In this document: piece after piece, positions 59,285-64,000 of the stretch
Layout: every line of letters starts with the position of its first letter
Numbering within the stretch: position 1 is the first letter of the stretch
Virus record (IMG/VR): IMGVR_UViG_3300049793_000366
Span: 1-64,000 of that record
Reading direction: 5' to 3' (one strand)
Length of the DNA: 64,000 bases
Made by a program: the position numbers and the translations under genes
Notes under the pieces: generated by a model
The model's database searches: none
Seen by the model: only the letters and a program-made list of their open reading frames with translations
What the model was told of the DNA's origin: nothing

Positions 59285-59797
59285 ATGAAATACATTAAAA
59301 TGTTTGAAAATTACGATGAGCGATTTTCTAAAATAGAAAGAGTTTTGCGTAGTTTAAACTTTAGAAAGAATAGAGATCCTAAGCCTATACATATCGTTGG
59401 TGGTGGTAATGGTAGTGGTAAAATGCACTCAATTAAAACTGTATTAGACCAGATGGACGAGGAATATATTATAATAAATACAAACGAAGCTACACCAACA
59501 TCATTCTATATGACCTTATATGAGTATAGTGATAGTGATACTATCGTTGTTATTGATGAGATGTGTAATAATTCAAGCACTAATAATCAAGCAAGAATAA
59601 ACAAAACCATTGCTCAATTGTGTAAGGGTGAAATGATAACACATCCATATCCCAATGCTCCAAATCCACCTAATACTATATTACAATTTGAATTTAAAGG
59701 AAGAGTAATATTATCAACAGCAGATTTGACAAATACCAGAGATATTAGTGGACTATACGATAAAAATTTAAACACTATATTTTTGGGATTTAGTTAA
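59285..59797 (+). CDS. short degenerate AAA-like ATPase with MKYIKMFE leader
   Basis: GGNGSGKM Walker A variant, VVIDE, FEFKGRVILST; resembles the 44799 protein. Confidence 0.55.
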   Translation: MKYIKMFENYDERFSKIERVLRSLNFRKNRDPKPIHIVGGGNGSGKMHSIKTVLDQMDEEYIIINTNEATPTSFYMTLYEYSDSDTIVVIDEMCNNSSTNNQARINKTIAQLCKGEMITHPYPNAPNPPNTILQFEFKGRVILSTADLTNTRDISGLYDKNLNTIFLGFS

Positions 59798-59800
59798 AGT

Positions 59801-59826
59801 AAAAAATCCAGTCATTGACTGGATTT
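59801..59826. terminator. bidirectional intrinsic terminator
   Basis: AAATCCAGTC-ATT-GACTGGATTT. Confidence 0.8.
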
Positions 59827-59827
59827 C

Positions 59828-59954
59828 TGGTCTCATTTATCACCGTAACTCGTAAGCAAGAAGACCAATTCTCTTACTCACCACCTAATGAACAACAGAT
59901 ATTAATCTGAGCCCCATCTTTCCGATGGCATGATAAAGTGTATCTCTCGATACA
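59828..59954 (-). ncRNA. putative structured ncRNA downstream of tmRNA
   Basis: GAGA-tetraloop hairpin; closing stem TTTATCAT/GTGATAAA enclosing three hairpins; possible TGGTCT/AGACCA pseudoknot. Confidence 0.5.
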
Positions 59955-59955
59955 G

Positions 59956-60348
59956 GGTGGAGAAGACGGGAATCGAACCCGTGTCCAATGATATCAGTGA
60001 ACTACTTTCTACAAGTTTATTTTAGTTTTCTAACTAAACCAAATAATCAATTTTTTTAACGACTAAAGAGATAATATGTCGCCGATTCAGTTATATACCA
60101 CTTGTGTCGAGAACTGTGGTTCCGAAGATTTTGTCGATTTTAAGCAATCTCAAGTTCTTCAACTTGAGTAGCAGTAGTCTTAGACTTTGCTAATACACTT
60201 AAAATATCGGATAACGATCCGACTTCGTTTGTAATTACGTTGCCGTTTACAGATTTTATCTACTAATTTATTAATCGCACGTTTTATTAGACAAAGCGAT
60301 ACTTGCTTATAACTCTCATCTCATCACCGTCGAAGCCTTAACTTCCCC
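59956..60348 (-). ncRNA. ssrA: tmRNA
   Basis: 5' GGGGAAG pairs with 3' CTTCTCC-A giving G3:U; TTCGAC D-loop analogue; T arm ACGGG-TTCGATT-CCCGT; internal tag frame 60244-60140. Confidence 0.93.
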
Positions 60349-60368
60349 GTTTACTGATTAAAGTATGA

Positions 60369-60377
60369 TATATATTA
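60369..60377 (-). promoter_or_regulatory. putative late promoter of tmRNA
   Basis: TAATATATA 20 nt upstream of the tmRNA 5' end. Confidence 0.6.
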
Positions 60378-60411
60378 CAATGGAAAAGGAAAGTTTTTCT
60401 ATTTTGAATAT

Positions 60412-61143
60412 TTATTTTCTTAATTTATCTTGTTCATCCATTATTCTCAACATTTCTGGTTCATTACCAGCTTGAATAGCCTTTCTCAACTCTTTATTTA
60501 AGTCATCATATCTTTTATTATTAGCCCACTTTTGTAATTCACCTTCATCACTACCTAAGCCATATCCATACCTATATACTTGAATAACTAATAATAAAAG
60601 CTCTGGATATTCTTCATCTTCATGGTCTTCTATAAACTTTTTATAAATATTTCTATCATTTATTGATTGTTGTATATCTATACACGTAGCTAATACCGAT
60701 CCAGATTTTATCTCTGGCCCTTTATAGTTTAACTTCTTATCATCTATTTTATCAAAATTAGCCATCTTCATCATATCCGACATTAGCTCTTGAAAATCCA
60801 CTCTGAAATCTGAATTTGGATTTAATGGTTTATGATAACCAATACTATACCCAACATTAATTATGTATGCTACTAATTGCTGAGTGGATGATTTTGGTGT
60901 ATTAAATATCTCAGTATATGTAATATCACCGAAGTGTTCATCAATAATACTTTTTATTTTATTATCATCAAGATAATCTAATTGATAGTTTGTTGTTATT
61001 AGTTTAGTTATAACATTCACAAATTCTACTAAATGTTCCTTAGCATATTCAACGTCAGCTTGTGTACTAGCATTCATAGCCGCTATTTGTTTATCAAGCT
61101 CATCTCTATCAAAGCTTTCGTTAAATTTCTTAAGATATTTCAT
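60412..61143 (-). CDS. hypothetical protein, N-terminal MKYLKKFNES
   Basis: True start likely 61143; TAATATATA at 61149-61157. Confidence 0.7.
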   Translation of the reverse strand: MKYLKKFNESFDRDELDKQIAAMNASTQADVEYAKEHLVEFVNVITKLITTNYQLDYLDDNKIKSIIDEHFGDITYTEIFNTPKSSTQQLVAYIINVGYSIGYHKPLNPNSDFRVDFQELMSDMMKMANFDKIDDKKLNYKGPEIKSGSVLATCIDIQQSINDRNIYKKFIEDHEDEEYPELLLLVIQVYRYGYGLGSDEGELQKWANNKRYDDLNKELRKAIQAGNEPEMLRIMDEQDKLRK

Positions 61144-61156
61144 ATAATTATATATT

Positions 61157-61191
61157 AAAAAAGCCACTTAAATTTCTTTAAGTGGCTTTTT
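61157..61191 (-). terminator. intrinsic terminator
   Basis: AAAAAGCCACTTAAA..TTTAAGTGGCTTTTT. Confidence 0.8.
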
Positions 61192-61207
61192 AGAAAAAAC
61201 TAACAAA

Positions 61208-61912
61208 TTATTTAGACGTAGCATCCTTATCTTCATCAGATAGGAAATCCATTGACGCATAAGTATCATTAGCAATAGACGAAGCTCTCATAGAGAAAGA
61301 CTTAGACATACTCTTATATACTTTAGCATTAGATTCAACATCAGAACTAAATTGCATTACGTTGCTTACGTTGATACCATAGTTTCTTGCAGTCGATATA
61401 GAATCGATATTTGCTCCAACAAATGTAAATGTCCAACGCTCAGTTTTTTGTAATTCTTCAATCATTGATTTAACTTTACCACCATCGAATTCTCTTGATG
61501 CGTTCTCTTCACCATCAGTGATGATTACTACAACAGCAGATGCTTCACCAGTAGCGATTTTATCTTTAATTGTATCATTAAGTCTTGTAACACCAACACC
61601 AATAGCATCTAATAATGCTGTCATACCATTACAATTATAATTACTTGTAGTGATATGCTCTAATAAAGATGCACTTCTATCATTATATTCAATTGTTACG
61701 CTGTTATTGAAATGTAAGAAAGACATTGTATATTTTTGGTCAGGAAATTCCTTCTCCAATTGTTTAACGGTATCTATTTGTTCATTAACACCACTAATAG
61801 TGCTTTTTGATAAATGACCCATTGATGAACTACCATCTACGATAAGTAAATAGTGAGTTTCTTTCACTGCCATTTTAGTTCCTGTTTTGTCAATTACGAT
61901 TGCTTTGCTCAT
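61208..61912 (-). CDS. von Willebrand factor A (vWA) domain protein
   Basis: MIDAS DGSSSM, TALLDAIG, IITDGEENASRE, FVGAN. Confidence 0.88.
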   Translation of the reverse strand: MSKAIVIDKTGTKMAVKETHYLLIVDGSSSMGHLSKSTISGVNEQIDTVKQLEKEFPDQKYTMSFLHFNNSVTIEYNDRSASLLEHITTSNYNCNGMTALLDAIGVGVTRLNDTIKDKIATGEASAVVVIITDGEENASREFDGGKVKSMIEELQKTERWTFTFVGANIDSISTARNYGINVSNVMQFSSDVESNAKVYKSMSKSFSMRASSIANDTYASMDFLSDEDKDATSK

Positions 61913-61921
61913 ATTTTATAT

Positions 61922-62158
61922 TTATTTTTTAAATTTGCCCGCCATCGAGCTAAAATCCCTCATATATGAACTTGGATTCATATTAGGTTGATTTTTTTCT
62001 TGTTTATCTCTGTCCTTATTCTCTTCTTCTGTTAATTCATTTACCAATTTGACAACTTCTTCAAATTGCCAAAAAGGTAAATTATTAGCATCCGTCTCAG
62101 ACATATGATAGTGCTTACTAAGCAATAGTTTATTTTTTAATAAACTGGTCAAAGGCAT
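61922..62158 (-). CDS. small baseplate hub assembly protein
   Basis: LSKHYHMSETDANNLPFWQFE..L..EEENK resembles the short gene that follows gp26 in T4-like phages; ATG 62158 overlaps the upstream gene. Confidence 0.55.
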   Translation of the reverse strand: MPLTSLLKNKLLLSKHYHMSETDANNLPFWQFEEVVKLVNELTEEENKDRDKQEKNQPNMNPSSYMRDFSSMAGKFKK

Positions 62159-63071
62159 CTGGAAGAGAGAAAATAGCTGACGGTCCGTTGGGAAATACCA
62201 TATCAGTGTGGACCTCCTCGCCACACTGGGTACATTTCTTTTTTAAATTCTTAATACCAAACTGCATTTTATTAACAGCCGCATTTAAGAATTGGAAAGA
62301 AGGAATAGACATTTGTTGGAATTCTAATAACTTAGATTTAATACCATCAACTGTAATACCATTTCTACCAACTAATGTGAATGGAATAATTTTCAAGAAT
62401 GATAAGTTTGGTGTTTTCTTATCATTGTATTCCTTTACAATATATTCAGTGAATGACTTCTGTAACCCAATTGTTGGTGGTGCAATTTTAAACACAGAAC
62501 CTTCAACTGTTTCGAAGATAAATTGTTTTTCAATGCTATCGAAATACTTATCAAGTGCTTCCGGCATTAAATGATGTTCAAAGTTTTGACGCTTTAATTC
62601 AACTGATAATTCGCACCCACATTGACAAGTAGCATTTGTAGACAATATGTTACCAGCTTGGAATGTTAACTCACGAATTAAGAATATTAAGTATATTCTA
62701 TCACCATCTTTAACATCCATGTATGAACCAACTCTATCATCAACATACTTTACACGAACGCAAGCAGATAGCATATCATTCATTTTTTCAATCATATCAT
62801 AGAAGTTTTTATCATCTACCATTGAATATGCTTGAATTTCTTTTACCTGTGCCGCACGTACCATTATTTTAGTACCGTTTTGATAGAACATACCAAGCGG
62901 TAAATCTTTAGCATCAAACGCGAAATACTGTAAATCTGCTATACGACCAGTATCTTCTTGTTTTAGCCCTTTAATAGATTCCTCAAATTGTGGAACCTTT
63001 GTTTTATTTACGTCAGTTTCATCTAAATACTTTTTTAGAAATTCTTCTTCGTTAATCTGAGATTGTGTCAT
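62130..63071 (-). CDS. baseplate hub protein (T4 gp26-like)
   Basis: LPLGMFY, D..YLIFLIRELT, CQCG and CTQCG zinc knuckles; next to the tail sheath gene. Confidence 0.7.
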   Translation of the reverse strand: MTQSQINEEEFLKKYLDETDVNKTKVPQFEESIKGLKQEDTGRIADLQYFAFDAKDLPLGMFYQNGTKIMVRAAQVKEIQAYSMVDDKNFYDMIEKMNDMLSACVRVKYVDDRVGSYMDVKDGDRIYLIFLIRELTFQAGNILSTNATCQCGCELSVELKRQNFEHHLMPEALDKYFDSIEKQFIFETVEGSVFKIAPPTIGLQKSFTEYIVKEYNDKKTPNLSFLKIIPFTLVGRNGITVDGIKSKLLEFQQMSIPSFQFLNAAVNKMQFGIKNLKKKCTQCGEEVHTDMVFPNGPSAIFSLPDAFDQFIKK

Positions 63072-63155
63072 ATGACTTTATTATTTTTATCGATATCCTC
63101 TATTATAGAATTATATATTGGATTGTTTTCGATTCCCACCTCAATTGATGCAAAT

Positions 63156-63183
63156 AAAAAAGCCTTGATTTCTCAAGGCTTTT
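63156..63183 (-). terminator. intrinsic terminator after the sheath gene
   Basis: AAAGCCTTGA-TTTC-TCAAGGCTTT. Confidence 0.75.
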
Positions 63184-63204
63184 GAATTATTAGTTTTTAA
63201 GTGA

Positions 63205-64000
63205 TTATGGGTTTAAGAAACCACCTGACTGAATAGCACCAGTTCTAAGAACCGTAACGTTATTCACAATAACACCCATACCTTTTATCGGTTCAACATA
63301 AGTATCTAAGACACCAAATTGATTATCGATAATTTCAGAAGTATTATTTTCTTCGTCAATCTTATTGAAGAAATTAAATAAACCATTTCTGTTTACAAAT
63401 CTCTCGCAGATTGCGTCAGCTTTTAACTTAATCTCTGCTCTAACATCTGGAGTATTGTACTTCCATTGGTAGTTTAATAACATAGCAGCTATTTCTTTCT
63501 CAAGCTCAATTAGAACCTCTCTAACGTGAATGAATGATAAAGCTGACCTTAATAATGTCTGAGCAGTGTTTTCAGTTTCAATTACGAAACCTCTGTTCTT
63601 CTTAGACACGATTGGATTGGCGTGCATTCCATTCAAGTTTTCAATGTCTTCTGAGTTGAAATTCATCTCAAGAGCGCCGATACCAGTAACAACACCGTTA
63701 GTAACACCAGCCGCGATTGTCCAAGGCGTAACGTTAGTTTGATTGCTGTTAATCTTTCTCATATACGTTGTCGCAACGAATGATGCTGGTGGGAATTCAG
63801 TAGGTCTTCCATTATCGTTTATGATAACATAAGGAGCGAAATAACCAACTGTTGACACACCTGCTCCTTCTGCGAAAGAGTATAAGAATGCTGGGCTTGA
63901 CTCAGGATCTCCACCTAAAGCTATATAGCTTGTTTGTAGAACACCTTCTGTATTTACGAATGTAGGTGATGTAGAGTTCTTAAAGCTTCTCATAGAAGGC
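63205..64000 (-). CDS. tail sheath protein, C-terminal part (T4 gp18-like); extends beyond the window
   Basis: PPASFVA, PWTIAAG..G, ANPIV, SALSFIHVREVLI, DEENNT.EIIDN, YVEPIK. Confidence 0.88.
   Translation of the reverse strand, partial: PSMRSFKNSTSPTFVNTEGVLQTSYIALGGDPESSPAFLYSFAEGAGVSTVGYFAPYVIINDNGRPTEFPPASFVATTYMRKINSNQTNVTPWTIAAGVTNGVVTGIGALEMNFNSEDIENLNGMHANPIVSKKNRGFVIETENTAQTLLRSALSFIHVREVLIELEKEIAAMLLNYQWKYNTPDVRAEIKLKADAICERFVNRNGLFNFFNKIDEENNTSEIIDNQFGVLDTYVEPIKGMGVIVNNVTVLRTGAIQSGGFLNP

Noticed and set aside
59836-59940. SAM-I riboswitch or hammerhead/HDV-like (theta) ribozyme
   Set aside because: Only the TTATCA/TGATAA stem resembles SAM-I P1; the SAM-I core, CUGAnGA and an HDV-type nested pseudoknot were not found, and no gene follows.
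59956-59990. Stand-alone tRNA
   Set aside because: The T arm and acceptor 3' half pair with a 5' end about 390 nt away and there is no anticodon arm, so this is tmRNA.
63125-63145. TTCGATTCCC T-loop-like string
   Set aside because: No pairing T stem or acceptor stem flanks it.
1-64000. Stop-codon reassignment as in some Bacteroidota phages
   Set aside because: Conserved genes (gltX, ileS, spoVR, gp47) are uninterrupted in the standard code and coding density is high.
1-64000. Mobile elements, introns or inteins
   Set aside because: No transposase, integrase, homing endonuclease or intein motifs were recognised.

Overview
This AT-rich, gene-dense window looks like part of a large T4-like (myovirus) jumbo-phage genome. 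The host is probably Bacteroidota: five exact TTTG-N20-TAnnTTTG promoters are present, strong Shine-Dalgarno sites are absent, and the GluRS looks Bacteroidota-type. Structural genes are scattered over both strands. They include tail sheath, tail tube, two gp26-like hub proteins, a tape-measure-like protein, a 1907-aa baseplate-type protein, LamG- and YadA-type fibres and a GH19 endolysin. Replication and defence genes include gp47/SbcD, a gp62-like clamp-loader subunit and three orphan DNA methyltransferases. Translation and metabolism genes include GluRS, IleRS, tmRNA, an RNA ligase, an RlaP-like nucleotidyltransferase, an IMPDH/GMP reductase, an FMN glutamate-synthase-like protein, SpoVR and a 5'-nucleotidase. 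The main signals not explained by the ORF track are: (i) about 18 unrelated proteins share an N-terminal MK[YH][LI]KxF[EN]-like peptide resembling the T4 capsid-targeting sequence, mostly downstream of a repeated TAATATATA promoter-like motif; (ii) 10 unrelated small proteins share a C-terminal R[DE]x[KR]Ixx[LI] motif; (iii) an Ile4 leader-peptide attenuator precedes a C-terminally truncated IleRS; (iv) the tmRNA has a predicted 34-codon tag ending EELEIA and is followed by an unassigned structured RNA with a possible pseudoknot. All calls come from motif recognition by eye; no searches were run.
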